Source: a virus (lineage: Duplodnaviria > Caudoviricetes). From it: a stretch of 29,868 nucleotides of DNA. The stretch lies in the IMG/VR virus record IMGVR_UViG_3300028638_000444, positions 1 through 29,868 of that record; one strand, given 5' to 3'. The position numbers and the translations under genes are program-made. The notes under the pieces are model-generated. The model was given only the letters and a program-made list of their open reading frames with translations, was not told the origin of the DNA and did no database searches. The first letter of the stretch is position 1. Every line of letters begins with the position of its first letter. Positions 9,264 through 18,638 of the stretch are shown here, one piece after another.

Positions 9264-10226
9264 TTATCTGAAAATGAATTTTAATTCGCTGTCTTCACCA
9301 GTTGCAATGAAAGGTATTTCTTGATATGCAAAGCCGCTGTCATCTGCGTCGTTTACTTTTTCAAACTGAATCATATGCATACTTACTTCAATAATATTGC
9401 CTGCAACCGAACCGACTTTTAAGCTTAAATTTGCTTTTGAATTGTTTTTCCAAGCAGCAAAGAAGTTCTTGACTGAAACGTTGATCATGTCCGGAGCAAA
9501 TGTACCGGAGACATTTCTTGCTGTAATTAAAGTTTTAAGAACACCTTGAGCAGAATTAACATCAGGAATTGAATACAAATCGTTATTTACATTAACCGTA
9601 ACTCCTCTTGACACATAAGCGACATCATCGTACGTACATTCTGCGTTCTCAACAATTTTCGGAATTGTCTGTTCAAATGATTCTGATGTCACTGTAGGAT
9701 TTGTTGCATCAGTTGGTTCTACATATCTTCCCTCGAAGTTGAATTGTGCAGTAGCAACTTTGCCGGCTTCCATTTTGAAAGTAATTGAACCTTTTGCCCC
9801 TATTAGTTTTTTAAGAACACCCGATGAATTTCCATCACCGAGATAATACTCATATATCGTGACGGTCTTCATTAAGCCTTGCGAAGATACCGGAAGATAT
9901 ACTAATCCTGTAACCGCTTCGTTTTCGTCAGTTTCTAATCTCTCCTCAAAGCCACAAGCAAGGAGTAATTTACCGAGTTGAGAACGAGTTCCGACAGTCC
10001 CAGATCCTTTCATATCTACCTCAAAGGAACATTTACCCTTAATATCAGTAACAACACCGCCCTCGTCTGAGATTGACGGTCTGTGTGTGTCTTTTTTCTG
10101 TAGTGATGATTCTTGCTCCATCTTTGAGTTCCGACAGTCTATTATATCTGCAACTGTAGGTACCGCATCTGTGCCCTCTGCCGTTTCAACTTTGGCGAGT
10201 ATGACTTTTCTTTTCGTTAAAAACAT
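9264..10226 (-). CDS. Major tail tube protein
   Basis: 320 aa; N-terminal KRKVILAKVETAEGTDAVP motif; position after the neck genes; no sheath gene present. Confidence 0.82.
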   Translation of the reverse strand: MFLTKRKVILAKVETAEGTDAVPTVADIIDCRNSKMEQESSLQKKDTHRPSISDEGGVVTDIKGKCSFEVDMKGSGTVGTRSQLGKLLLACGFEERLETDENEAVTGLVYLPVSSQGLMKTVTIYEYYLGDGNSSGVLKKLIGAKGSITFKMEAGKVATAQFNFEGRYVEPTDATNPTVTSESFEQTIPKIVENAECTYDDVAYVSRGVTVNVNNDLYSIPDVNSAQGVLKTLITARNVSGTFAPDMINVSVKNFFAAWKNNSKANLSLKVGSVAGNIIEVSMHMIQFEKVNDADDSGFAYQEIPFIATGEDSELKFIFR

Positions 10227-10241
10227 TTTCCCCTCCGTTAT

Positions 10242-10676
10242 TTATCTAGTTCCTGCATAAGTTCTGTATTCAATTGATACCGACAACGAAAAGAATAGAT
10301 TCCCGTTGTCGATACCATATTCTGTATTGCCATACAATATATTTATAACTTCACCGGATAACGTTGTATTGTTATCGATAAATTTTTTTACTCTGTTTAA
10401 AAAGTCAAGAAGTCCAATAGTATTAACATCTGCCGAAATATAACAATTATCAGCTTCTAAGACTTTAATGATTCCGTACAAAGAGATATTAAAAGTTATT
10501 CTTTTGTGCGGATAAGTATCCGGAGTTTCATTCTCGGATTCAGGAATAATGAATATCGATGGAAAATTGATAACATTATTTCTTGCGCCTATAAAAATAT
10601 CTTTAACAAACGACAAAGAATTTTCTTCTTTGATTAATTCTTGTAATTTTGTAAGGACGTTAACATTATTTGCCAT
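10242..10676 (-). CDS. Putative tail terminator protein
   Basis: 144 aa immediately upstream of the tail tube; FPSIFIIPESE motif. Confidence 0.65.
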   Translation of the reverse strand: MANNVNVLTKLQELIKEENSLSFVKDIFIGARNNVINFPSIFIIPESENETPDTYPHKRITFNISLYGIIKVLEADNCYISADVNTIGLLDFLNRVKKFIDNNTTLSGEVINILYGNTEYGIDNGNLFFSLSVSIEYRTYAGTR

Positions 10677-11259
10677 TTGTTGTTACCTCGTCAATTGCCA
10701 GCATAACTGATTGCGTAACGATTGCATTCTCTTGCTCTGCAGTTTGTCCCATCCAACGAAACGCCGGTATTGTTACTGATTTTTTGAGAAGAAATAACGG
10801 CCTTACTGATTTTTTTCCATATTTTTGAAAGATAATACCTTTACGAATAAAGGTATCTTTGAAATCTCTTGGCTTGCCTCTAGGAACTCCTGATTTCGTT
10901 TTGGCTTCTCCAATAGGTATCGCAAGATATTTAGCTTTCTTTGGGCGAATTATACCGCCAGTTTCAAGTATATCAGCATATTTGGCACGTTCTCCGGTAC
11001 GTGCTCCTGAACCGACTAAAGCGCCGATGCCATCGTTATAACTAAATAATTTGGCTGCGATAGTATTTCTTAAATAGCCGGTGCGCACTTTGAGAATAGG
11101 TCCTGAAACGTTCTCTTTAAGTTTTGTTTCAACTGCAGCAGCCGCATTGCGCATGGAATTATAATATACCTGGTTTTGTTTTTTGACAGGCAAATTATTA
11201 ATCATTTTTTTTATTTCTTCGATTTTTTGTTCATCAAAAGAAATCAATAAATCAGGCAT
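10666..11259 (-). CDS. Neck/tail completion protein (HK97 gp10 / Mu gpG-like)
   Basis: LKVRTGYLRNTI, KYADILETGG and IPAFRWM motifs; basic; neck position. Confidence 0.8.
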   Translation of the reverse strand: MPDLLISFDEQKIEEIKKMINNLPVKKQNQVYYNSMRNAAAAVETKLKENVSGPILKVRTGYLRNTIAAKLFSYNDGIGALVGSGARTGERAKYADILETGGIIRPKKAKYLAIPIGEAKTKSGVPRGKPRDFKDTFIRKGIIFQKYGKKSVRPLFLLKKSVTIPAFRWMGQTAEQENAIVTQSVMLAIDEVTTNGK

Positions 11260-11814
11260 TTATAAACTCCACAATTTATATAAGTCCAAAATAGAATAAG
11301 CTGATTTTCTGAATGATGCAGGAGTATAAGCATTAGATTCAGCTTCATCCATCGAATTAAAAGTTTTACCTTGCAATAAGTCGCTCGCCACAAGCTTAAT
11401 AACGGCCTGTTTTATGTCTTCCGATACTGGAATATTTCCCGTTCCTTCCGTATCTGTATAACCGGCAGTGTAATATAATTTAACAAAACCGATTACGGCC
11501 TTATCCAATATAAAGCAACCGGAACGTTTAGCCTTGTCATCAAAGTTTTGAATTATATGATCCGTTTCAATATCCTCTAAATCTTTAATTGTCGGTTCTG
11601 CATTTACAGGAATATGTGAACAGCGAATTATATTTGCATTATCGCCTTGTATTATTTCCTCATAGTCGTGTTTTTCAAGAGGATAACCAAGATACGCTTC
11701 GGCTTTTTTCTGATTTTGAGTAATTAAAGAAACAATTGTCTCATCAGATGCTGTAGAATCCGAAGATATTCCGGATAAAAACTTCTTAACATCATCTTTA
11801 GTGATGACACTCAT
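11260..11814 (-). CDS. Head-tail adaptor (HK97 gp6 / SPP1 gp15-like)
   Basis: ITKDDVKKFL, AEAYLG, YTAGY, DIKQAVIKLV and ILDLYK motifs. Confidence 0.85.
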   Translation of the reverse strand: MSVITKDDVKKFLSGISSDSTASDETIVSLITQNQKKAEAYLGYPLEKHDYEEIIQGDNANIIRCSHIPVNAEPTIKDLEDIETDHIIQNFDDKAKRSGCFILDKAVIGFVKLYYTAGYTDTEGTGNIPVSEDIKQAVIKLVASDLLQGKTFNSMDEAESNAYTPASFRKSAYSILDLYKLWSL

Positions 11815-11894
11815 TTTGTTATAACCTCTTTTTTAATCGGTTTTGTCTCGTAGTTTTTTATGCCTTTAGCTTCTTTAAGCTTTTTTTCCGTCAT
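11811..11894 (-). CDS. Possible 27-aa basic small ORF (MTEKKLKEAKGIKNYETKPIKKEVITK)
   Basis: Read by hand. Fills the gap before the adaptor, its TGA overlaps the adaptor ATG (ATGA), and GAGG lies upstream. Confidence 0.45.
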   Translation of the reverse strand: MTEKKLKEAKGIKNYETKPIKKEVITK

Positions 11895-12057
11895 CAATTT
11901 TTACCTCTTCCATATCTCTGTTACATTTATCACAAGCTACTCTGACGCCTTTTTTTACGTCTTTAGTTGATTTACAAGACGGACAGATAACTTTGACAAG
12001 TTCTATTTTTTCTGTTCCCTTTCCACCTCTATGAGTTATGCCACCTTTATCATTCAT
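11875..12057 (-). CDS. 60-aa zinc-ribbon protein downstream of the capsid gene
   Basis: Start moved to MNDKGG at 12057 (GAGAGG RBS); CPSC-x13-CDKC. Confidence 0.65.
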   Translation of the reverse strand: MNDKGGITHRGGKGTEKIELVKVICPSCKSTKDVKKGVRVACDKCNRDMEEVKIDDGKKA

Positions 12058-12072
12058 ATTATCCTCTCTTAC

Positions 12073-12100
12073 AGAGGGCAGAGCCGAAACCCTGCCCTCT
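12073..12100 (-). terminator. GC-rich hairpin after the major capsid gene
   Basis: Minus strand AGAGGGCAGGGT-TTCG-GCTCTGCCCTCT: 12-bp stem with two G-U pairs and a UUCG loop. The U-tract is only on the plus strand. Confidence 0.7.
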
Positions 12101-12115
12101 TTTTTTATGCTAATA

Positions 12116-13486
12116 CTATTCGGCTGCTGTTTTGATAACTGCAAAAGCATTCTCTCTTGCAACATTACCGGCATATCTTACATAAGAACGGAATCTTACT
12201 GTACCGTTGGCGAAACCTGTGAATGGGTCCAAATCAATTGATAATTGCCCCTGGCGTACGCCAAAGTAATATTCTTTGAGATTACCGTACAATAAGAATT
12301 TCTTCGCTGCAGTATCTGTCTTAGGCATATCCGGAGATTTAATAAAAGGAGAACCCCATATAGAAGCAGGAATCGAAGCATCTCCAGGTTTAGCAAATAT
12401 GTAGTTTCCTTCCGCATCTTTCAAAGTTCTTATATAGTGCATTAACTTTTTGTTGAAAACATATTTTGCCAAGGCATCATCATTTGCAGTTAAATAATCC
12501 TGCAAGGCTGACAAATCGTCAGCTGTGAAATCTGATAATTTAACTTTGCCTGTGCCAAGAGTTAAAACATTGGTCGTTATGCTCGGAAGCAATCCAACAA
12601 ATTTAGGAGTCTGAGCGCCGTCTCCGTTTAATATCAAATCATCTGCTTTTCTTGCAAAGGCATACATGATCTGTTCAAGTAACAAACTTGCCAAATCAAA
12701 ATCGGAATCACCTATCAGTTCTAAAGATATTGGTGCAGTAAGCGCCATAATTTTTACCGCTTCTAATACCATCTGCCCGAATTTAGCCTGACTTGGAGTT
12801 CCAGCTCCTGCTTCATCAACGACATAAGCAGAAACGAGCTGAGTTTCTTTAGGATATAACTGTTTGTTAGATCCCATAGATACAACAGTAACTTCTTTCA
12901 TCAAAACGGCCATTTCTCTTGCCAGTTTTAATAATTCTGGAGCATATTCAGGAGGAACAAGATACCCACCGAGATCCGCTGTACCCTCAACATTGGTTGA
13001 TAAGTCTTTTATCTCTTTATTGTTAAAATCTTTGTTTACAAGAGCTTTTGCAACCTGTATTGCCCATTTGGAAAGGCCTCTCATCTTTGCTTCATCGGAA
13101 AGCGTAGGAAATAATTCTTTACGTCCGAGGATTTTCTCTCTTATTTCCATACCCTGATATTTTAGGTTATACCCCATAAACATTTCATCGCCGAGTGCAA
13201 CTTTTGAGGCAATTCCAGGTATTTCCATCTTCTCGATTTTTGCGACCTTTTCAGTCAATTCCGTAATTGTTTTTTCCTGTCCGGCAATCTTCGAATCTGT
13301 TTCCTGTTTAAATTTAGCAACACCAGCTTTGACACCTTCAGCTATCTGTTCCGCAATTCCTTTTGCACCCGCAACTTCTTGGATGTCAGCATCTGTTGCA
13401 ACACCTTTCATGTCCCATGCTTTTGTGGTTTCGTTATAGACAGCAAGATACTTAACGCCATCTATTTCAATTATTTTCTTTTTCAT
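12116..13486 (-). CDS. Major capsid protein, HK97 fold with N-terminal delta/scaffold domain
   Basis: Coiled-coil N-terminus, then EGTADLGGYLVPPEY, V.EAG, ILNGDG, LKDAEGNYIF and YGNLKEY. Confidence 0.95.
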   Translation of the reverse strand: MKKKIIEIDGVKYLAVYNETTKAWDMKGVATDADIQEVAGAKGIAEQIAEGVKAGVAKFKQETDSKIAGQEKTITELTEKVAKIEKMEIPGIASKVALGDEMFMGYNLKYQGMEIREKILGRKELFPTLSDEAKMRGLSKWAIQVAKALVNKDFNNKEIKDLSTNVEGTADLGGYLVPPEYAPELLKLAREMAVLMKEVTVVSMGSNKQLYPKETQLVSAYVVDEAGAGTPSQAKFGQMVLEAVKIMALTAPISLELIGDSDFDLASLLLEQIMYAFARKADDLILNGDGAQTPKFVGLLPSITTNVLTLGTGKVKLSDFTADDLSALQDYLTANDDALAKYVFNKKLMHYIRTLKDAEGNYIFAKPGDASIPASIWGSPFIKSPDMPKTDTAAKKFLLYGNLKEYYFGVRQGQLSIDLDPFTGFANGTVRFRSYVRYAGNVARENAFAVIKTAAE

Positions 13487-14283
13487 CTTAGACTCTCCTG
13501 TGTTATTTTTTCTATTGCCGAAACATCAACTTTAATCTCCGGCTTCTGCTCTTGAGTTTCTTCGCTCTGAAGGTGCTCTGTGGACTTATTGTCCGAGTCA
13601 CCGAGCAATTCTGTCTCATAAATAGAAGACATTGATCCTTTGTTTTCTGTATCGGTTTTATTTATTTTTTCTTCTGGTTTTTCTTCCGCATTTAAAAGCT
13701 CCGTCTCTTCAAGAGTTTTTGATTCAAATGCTTTTTCCGCAGCTTCCAATAATTTAATTTCAGCATTTTTATAACCTCTTGCTTCCAGAACAGCGTCTTT
13801 GTTGGCCGGAACTGTTACTTGCGATATTTCCAGCAATTCAACTTCTTTAAACTTTCTGCCGGAAATAAATTCTCTTCCTTCTGCATCTTTCTCTCTGATA
13901 TATTCGTAATCAAGCCCGATAAAACCAATTGAGAAAGCAGCAATGCCACTTTCTGCCAATTTGAAAGCCCAGTCAGCAGCAGCATTACCTTGACCAACAA
14001 AATACTGAAATACAGCTCTTAATCCTTTCTCAGAAGATTTTAGATTCAATGCTTTTCCGATTATATTCTGAATATCTCTGTAGTTGTGAGAGTTAATTAA
14101 TACCGGATTCGATTTGTACCTTTTCATATTCTTATTAAATGCCGTAGCGAGAATAATATCCCCATCAGAATCTTTATTCTCGGTAGAAACAATTACCTCA
14201 ACGGTATGTTTCTCTTTATCGATGTTTTTTATTTCGATTTTCGCAATTTTAATAATTTTTTTGTCTTTGTTTTCTTTTGACAT
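13483..14283 (-). CDS. HK97-family prohead protease
   Basis: DSDGDII, NPVLINSH, AFSIGF and LLEISQVTVPAN motifs; acidic C-terminal tail. Confidence 0.93.
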   Translation of the reverse strand: MSKENKDKKIIKIAKIEIKNIDKEKHTVEVIVSTENKDSDGDIILATAFNKNMKRYKSNPVLINSHNYRDIQNIIGKALNLKSSEKGLRAVFQYFVGQGNAAADWAFKLAESGIAAFSIGFIGLDYEYIREKDAEGREFISGRKFKEVELLEISQVTVPANKDAVLEARGYKNAEIKLLEAAEKAFESKTLEETELLNAEEKPEEKINKTDTENKGSMSSIYETELLGDSDNKSTEHLQSEETQEQKPEIKVDVSAIEKITQESLR

Positions 14284-14296
14284 TTTGTTATTCTCC

Positions 14297-16294
14297 TTAC
14301 CGAGTTTGTCTCGGCGCTAAATTACACCTACAATTAATTACTTGTTTTGCGGATTCTTCTGATCTACCAAGACTCTGATCTCCCGGATATTTCAGACCAT
14401 TAGAAAAATTATCAGTCATAGGAACAGTCTGGCCGCTTAATTCTCTATGCTCTTCACGAGTGAACTCGTCATTATATGCCAGCCAAGTCTTATACATAAT
14501 CTGCAAATCTTTCCAGTAAAGAAATGTCCCGTTATTGAGCGCTCCGGTAGTTTCAGTTCTTGCTATAGTCATTGAACGACTTGCAGCAGCGTTGAACGTT
14601 CCACGAATAATATCTTGAATAGTCGGCAAAGGTTCGCCTTCTATAATTGCATCGGTTATCTGTTGCCTAAGTTGCCTAGCTATAGTGTCAGTAATGCCAG
14701 CAATATTAACCATTCTAAGGTCAATATTCCTTTGAATCTCTTGCTCTGCTAATTTACTTATAGATTTTCCACCGGGGACAAGTTCACGGCCAAAAGCTAT
14801 ACCATCCGTCAATATTTTTTCTATCATTGGACGGATGCTGATAATTAACTTTCTTTTATCGTCTTCAAAATTATAAGTATTTGGATTAAATTTTCCTTTT
14901 GCTGATAACTCAAGTATTTTTGCCCTTTCCCAAAAGAAAAAGCTTTTTACTTTAGGCGCTAGAACGATTTCGAAATGACCGTGTCTCTTTAAAAACATGC
15001 CGGCGATTTTACGATCGTATTTATCGCTCGCATCTGTTTTAAACATAATTTTTGAATCTGATGAATTATCTGCAGGAGCATTAAACGTATTGTATTGCTC
15101 ATATTGTGATGCCGGAATAAGTCCCATAGACATCCACCAATCGTCGCCCCATGGTAAAGGATCAAAGCCAAGGTTTAATTTATCGTTAACTTTGTTGAAA
15201 GGGATTCCCATATTCATCAACTTTTGAGCGACGTCAACAGATTTCTCAAATTCTTCTTTATATACGGGGACATTTTCATATTTAAATCGCATTTCTATGT
15301 TTGGATAAATCTTTTCAATCAATTGAGTATTGAAAGCATTCGATATCCTTTTTAATTGTGGATGAAGAGTATAAAGCCAAAAGGCTTTCATTTGTCCTTG
15401 GAATGTCGCATATTGAATATTATCTGTCATAGAGAGAATAACTTTCGGAACTCTAAATATTCCGAGTATTGTTTCTTTATCGCTGACTCTCTGTTCTTGA
15501 AACTGCATATCGGAATGAGATACGCCGCCGGTATCTTCAAACTTTAGTCCTTGGTCAAATATAGCAAGCTTTCCAGCTTTACTTACGCCTTTATAATTTT
15601 TTATCCAGTCGGAATGTAGCTGGGTGCGAGCTTCATTTGTCAATTTCTGGTCTGTTGTCATTATATAGCCAGGCTTGCCGCCATTTTTAAAGAAGTTTGC
15701 ATTGTAAGCAAGTCTCTGATAATCTATATCAAGGTCATTTTGAATAGGATCAGTTGCTGAAAACGGTCTACCGGTATCAGAATACGGATTGAATTTGCCT
15801 ATATATATAATTTCATTGCTTGTAAACGTTCTCCCGTTGCACTGCCATATATAATTATTATCGGTAGTTTTAATACAACTGAACTTTTTAGGATTCATCG
15901 GCCATAATTCTGAAGGTAGCTGAGTTCCGGATAGTTGTCCGATTGTGTTCATTGTTTTAATGATTATTACTTCGTTATAAAGATTATAAAACACTGCAAT
16001 CGCTTCTAAAAAGTCATCTGTCGCCATAACGGGATTAGGATTTTTGAAAAGCTTTCTTAAATCATCCGGCCATATTTCCTTATTCGTTGCAAAATCAAAA
16101 AAACCGATGTCGGCTTGATTGATATTATCTATAATCGCGCGAACAGCAGAATATACCGTGCTGTTTGTTTTCATTGGCTGAGTTATGCTGCCATTTGAAT
16201 ATAATTGATTAAACAAAAAAGGATCTGTAAGAATATTACCGATATCCTTTGTGAATAAAGCCTTAAAATTATTAATTACTTTTTTAATATCCAT
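14297..16294 (-). CDS. HK97-family portal protein fused to a Mu gpF / SPP1 gp7-like domain
   Basis: Portal motifs PNP, FFKNGGKPG, IFRVP and PWGD in the first ~400 aa. The C-terminus has IARTET, KTW, H..LSGQ, LKYPGD and INCRC. Confidence 0.92.
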   Translation of the reverse strand: MDIKKVINNFKALFTKDIGNILTDPFLFNQLYSNGSITQPMKTNSTVYSAVRAIIDNINQADIGFFDFATNKEIWPDDLRKLFKNPNPVMATDDFLEAIAVFYNLYNEVIIIKTMNTIGQLSGTQLPSELWPMNPKKFSCIKTTDNNYIWQCNGRTFTSNEIIYIGKFNPYSDTGRPFSATDPIQNDLDIDYQRLAYNANFFKNGGKPGYIMTTDQKLTNEARTQLHSDWIKNYKGVSKAGKLAIFDQGLKFEDTGGVSHSDMQFQEQRVSDKETILGIFRVPKVILSMTDNIQYATFQGQMKAFWLYTLHPQLKRISNAFNTQLIEKIYPNIEMRFKYENVPVYKEEFEKSVDVAQKLMNMGIPFNKVNDKLNLGFDPLPWGDDWWMSMGLIPASQYEQYNTFNAPADNSSDSKIMFKTDASDKYDRKIAGMFLKRHGHFEIVLAPKVKSFFFWERAKILELSAKGKFNPNTYNFEDDKRKLIISIRPMIEKILTDGIAFGRELVPGGKSISKLAEQEIQRNIDLRMVNIAGITDTIARQLRQQITDAIIEGEPLPTIQDIIRGTFNAAASRSMTIARTETTGALNNGTFLYWKDLQIMYKTWLAYNDEFTREEHRELSGQTVPMTDNFSNGLKYPGDQSLGRSEESAKQVINCRCNLAPRQTR

Positions 16295-17748
16295 TAAAAA
16301 TAACTCCCTGTCGGCATATTATTATTGTCCAAAATAAGAATATCAACGGCATCACAGATACAGTCAACTTGATCATCATGAGTGTGTGACATGTCTGCGC
16401 TAAATGATAGACATTCAGAAACAATACCGTCAGTTTCAGGATAGATATCAGGATGCGGAAATAAAATAAAACCCGTTTCAAAATAAATAAGAGTATCTTG
16501 TACTCTTGTATATTTATCTTTTTCTCTTTGAACTGCAATAACGGGAATTTCATTGCTTATGTTTTGTATTAATCCTGTGCCGGATGATTTGTCTTCAATA
16601 TACATAACAACGTTAACCTTAAACATCGTGACGCATCTTTTGTGAAAGGCTTTTACTTTTCTATCTAATTCTGGAGCTTCCCATTTGCCTCTTTCTTGAA
16701 ATAAAAAGTAGATTTTTCCAGACTTTCCTTTTCCCCATACTTGTATTACAGAAAAATCATTCCATTCATTCGTTTTTTGAGCAGTATCTGCAAATATGCA
16801 ATACTGGATAATATCTTCTGGTATTTGTCTGTAATAATGAATCCAATCTTTTTTTATAACCGTTCCACCGAGAACAATAGGCTCGTTCTGATATTGAGAA
16901 TGAAATAAAAATGGATTGATTATTTCTATTTTTTTAAGTTTTTCTGTGGATATTTTTTCTTCCCAGTAACTTTTGTCATTTTGCAATGCTTGAACTTTCA
17001 CATGCTTTGTATTTTCAGAATCATTTTTTAATATATATCCGGATAAATCATCCTGATGCAGCCTTTGCATTATTACGATTATTGGCACATTTGAATTTCT
17101 CAAACGTGGCTCAAGTTTGTCAGTATATGCTCTGATACTTTCTTTTCTTGCTGTTTCTGATGTGATTTTTTTAACATCTAAAGGATCATCTATAATTAAA
17201 GCTCCAGGGAACTCTCCTTCTTTAACATTTGGATTGCCGGCATCTGCTCCTGTCATCGCTGAACCTATAGAACCTGCTGTCAATCCTGATCTTAAAGACG
17301 AACCCAAAAAAGAATATTCTGTTTTTGATTTTTCGTTAACTTTTAATTTTAGATTAAAAAGAGTCTGGTATAATTTTGATTCAATGATTATTTTTGTTTC
17401 ACCGGATAGTTTTGTGATTAAATCATCTGAATGAGAAACATAGCAAAATTTTGAATTTTTAGATCTAGCAAAACACCATGTAATAAAAAATTCAATTAAA
17501 GTTGATTTTCCACTTCCAACTGGGCAATTTATAACAAGATTTTTTTTATCATTTTTACAAAATGCATATGTTTCAAGTTCTTTAATTATCGTGTAATGAA
17601 AAGGTTTAAAATCAAATTTAGCGCCTTGAAGATTAAAGAACATTAATGCTATGTAATATGACAAATCAGCCAAACAAAGCCTGCGCAAGGCAGTAAGTTT
17701 GTCATGGTCTTGAATTATTTCGTCTAATTTATAAAATTCTGTTCTCAT
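16294..17748 (-). CDS. terL: Terminase large subunit
   Basis: Walker A PVGSGKS, Walker B LIIDDP, IMQRLHQDDL, QYQNEP, DTA, IEDKSSG and HDDQVD nuclease motif. Confidence 0.95.
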   Translation of the reverse strand: MRTEFYKLDEIIQDHDKLTALRRLCLADLSYYIALMFFNLQGAKFDFKPFHYTIIKELETYAFCKNDKKNLVINCPVGSGKSTLIEFFITWCFARSKNSKFCYVSHSDDLITKLSGETKIIIESKLYQTLFNLKLKVNEKSKTEYSFLGSSLRSGLTAGSIGSAMTGADAGNPNVKEGEFPGALIIDDPLDVKKITSETARKESIRAYTDKLEPRLRNSNVPIIVIMQRLHQDDLSGYILKNDSENTKHVKVQALQNDKSYWEEKISTEKLKKIEIINPFLFHSQYQNEPIVLGGTVIKKDWIHYYRQIPEDIIQYCIFADTAQKTNEWNDFSVIQVWGKGKSGKIYFLFQERGKWEAPELDRKVKAFHKRCVTMFKVNVVMYIEDKSSGTGLIQNISNEIPVIAVQREKDKYTRVQDTLIYFETGFILFPHPDIYPETDGIVSECLSFSADMSHTHDDQVDCICDAVDILILDNNNMPTGSYF

Positions 17749-18161
17749 TTTTTTAAACTTTCAAGAAAATTTTTGACTTCATTTGTTATCTCTATTATTT
17801 TTTGAGGTTCATTACTTTCGTATTCAAGCTTAAGAGCGCCTCCTGTAAAATTAAAATCTTGAACCGGCTTACCAATTATTCGATTTAGCATAAGTTCCAA
17901 AGTTTTATAATCTCCACGCTGGAGACCTTTAATAAGACAACTTAAAAGATAAGCATCTAAAATTGGTAAATCTTTTTGTTGCGCTTTTATATTTTCAAGT
18001 TTTTCTAACGGCAATCCTAAATATTTTTGCAATGTTTCGTAATATTGAAGATTCGTTATCCGCTTAAATATTTTTTGTTCCTCGGTCAACGCTGGTCTTC
18101 CGCCCATCCCCTGATGACCTGGCTCAAAATCTCTACCGCCAGTTTTTTTACCTTGTGCCAT
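17745..18161 (-). CDS. terS: Putative terminase small subunit
   Basis: 138 aa directly upstream of terL (ATGA overlap); KKTGGRDF.PG..GGRP N-terminus and R..GKP motif. Confidence 0.7.
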   Translation of the reverse strand: MAQGKKTGGRDFEPGHQGMGGRPALTEEQKIFKRITNLQYYETLQKYLGLPLEKLENIKAQQKDLPILDAYLLSCLIKGLQRGDYKTLELMLNRIIGKPVQDFNFTGGALKLEYESNEPQKIIEITNEVKNFLESLKK

Positions 18162-18164
18162 ACG

Positions 18165-18536
18165 CTAACTCCTTACGAGCTTAGCTTTTTGTCCGGTAAA
18201 CTTTTCATATCGTGTAACAATAACATCACAATACTTCTGATCTAATTCAATGAGCATACACTTTCTTTTCAGCTGCTCGCATGCTATCAAGGTACTTCCA
18301 GAGCCGCCAAAACCATCAAGGATAGATATCCGATGATGTCCGGCAAGAAGGGAATTGTCGGTATTAATAGCCGGTATTTCAACCAGATTAAAATTTTTAA
18401 GAGATTGTTCTAACTGCGATTTTTGTTCTTCGGATATTTTACGAGGATTATACGAGCAAGGAATAAGGTCACAGACCTTTCGTTTTTCGGTCTGCCATCC
18501 AAAAAAAATAAAACTAGAGTTCTGAGAACGATTCAT
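18165..18536 (-). pseudogene. Internally deleted ParB-like/DNA N4-N6 methyltransferase remnant (still an open frame)
   Basis: ParB motifs (LIP..YNPR, LLAGHHR) run straight into the SAM-binding DGFGGSGSTLIAC...IELD..YCDVI. The catalytic DPPY region is absent. Confidence 0.75.
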
Positions 18537-18563
18537 CCTTTCTCTCTTGCTCTAGTTTTGTTT
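18501..18563 (-). terminator. Intrinsic terminator-like hairpin with U-tract
   Basis: Minus strand AAAACTAGAG...CTCTAGTTTT (arms 18550-18559 and 18510-18519) with inner GAGAA/TTCTC stem, followed by A then T8. Confidence 0.6.
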
Positions 18564-18609
18564 ATTAAGTTTTTAAATTAAACTTCGTACTTCCCAAGCC
18601 TGCGCCTGA

Positions 18610-18638
18610 ATTATAAGCCTTTTTTAAAAAAAAGTCAA
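18610..18638 (-). promoter_or_regulatory. Near-consensus sigma70 promoter TTGACT-N17-TATAAT (candidate late promoter)
   Basis: -35 at 18638-18633, -10 at 18615-18610, 17-nt spacer; points into the packaging/structural operon. Confidence 0.8.

Noticed and set aside
2251-16553. Nested alternative-frame minus ORFs (2251..2445, 12196..12417, 13815..14000, 14989..15171, 16284..16553)
   Set aside because: They lie within or almost entirely within conserved genes in another frame, with no motif support.
18560-18583. GTTT...AAAC 24-mer resembling a solitary CRISPR repeat (RNA anti-CRISPR-like) within the short leader RNA
   Set aside because: Single copy, short and extremely AT-rich, with no spacer structure. 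Only a match to a host repeat in a CRISPR database would revive it.
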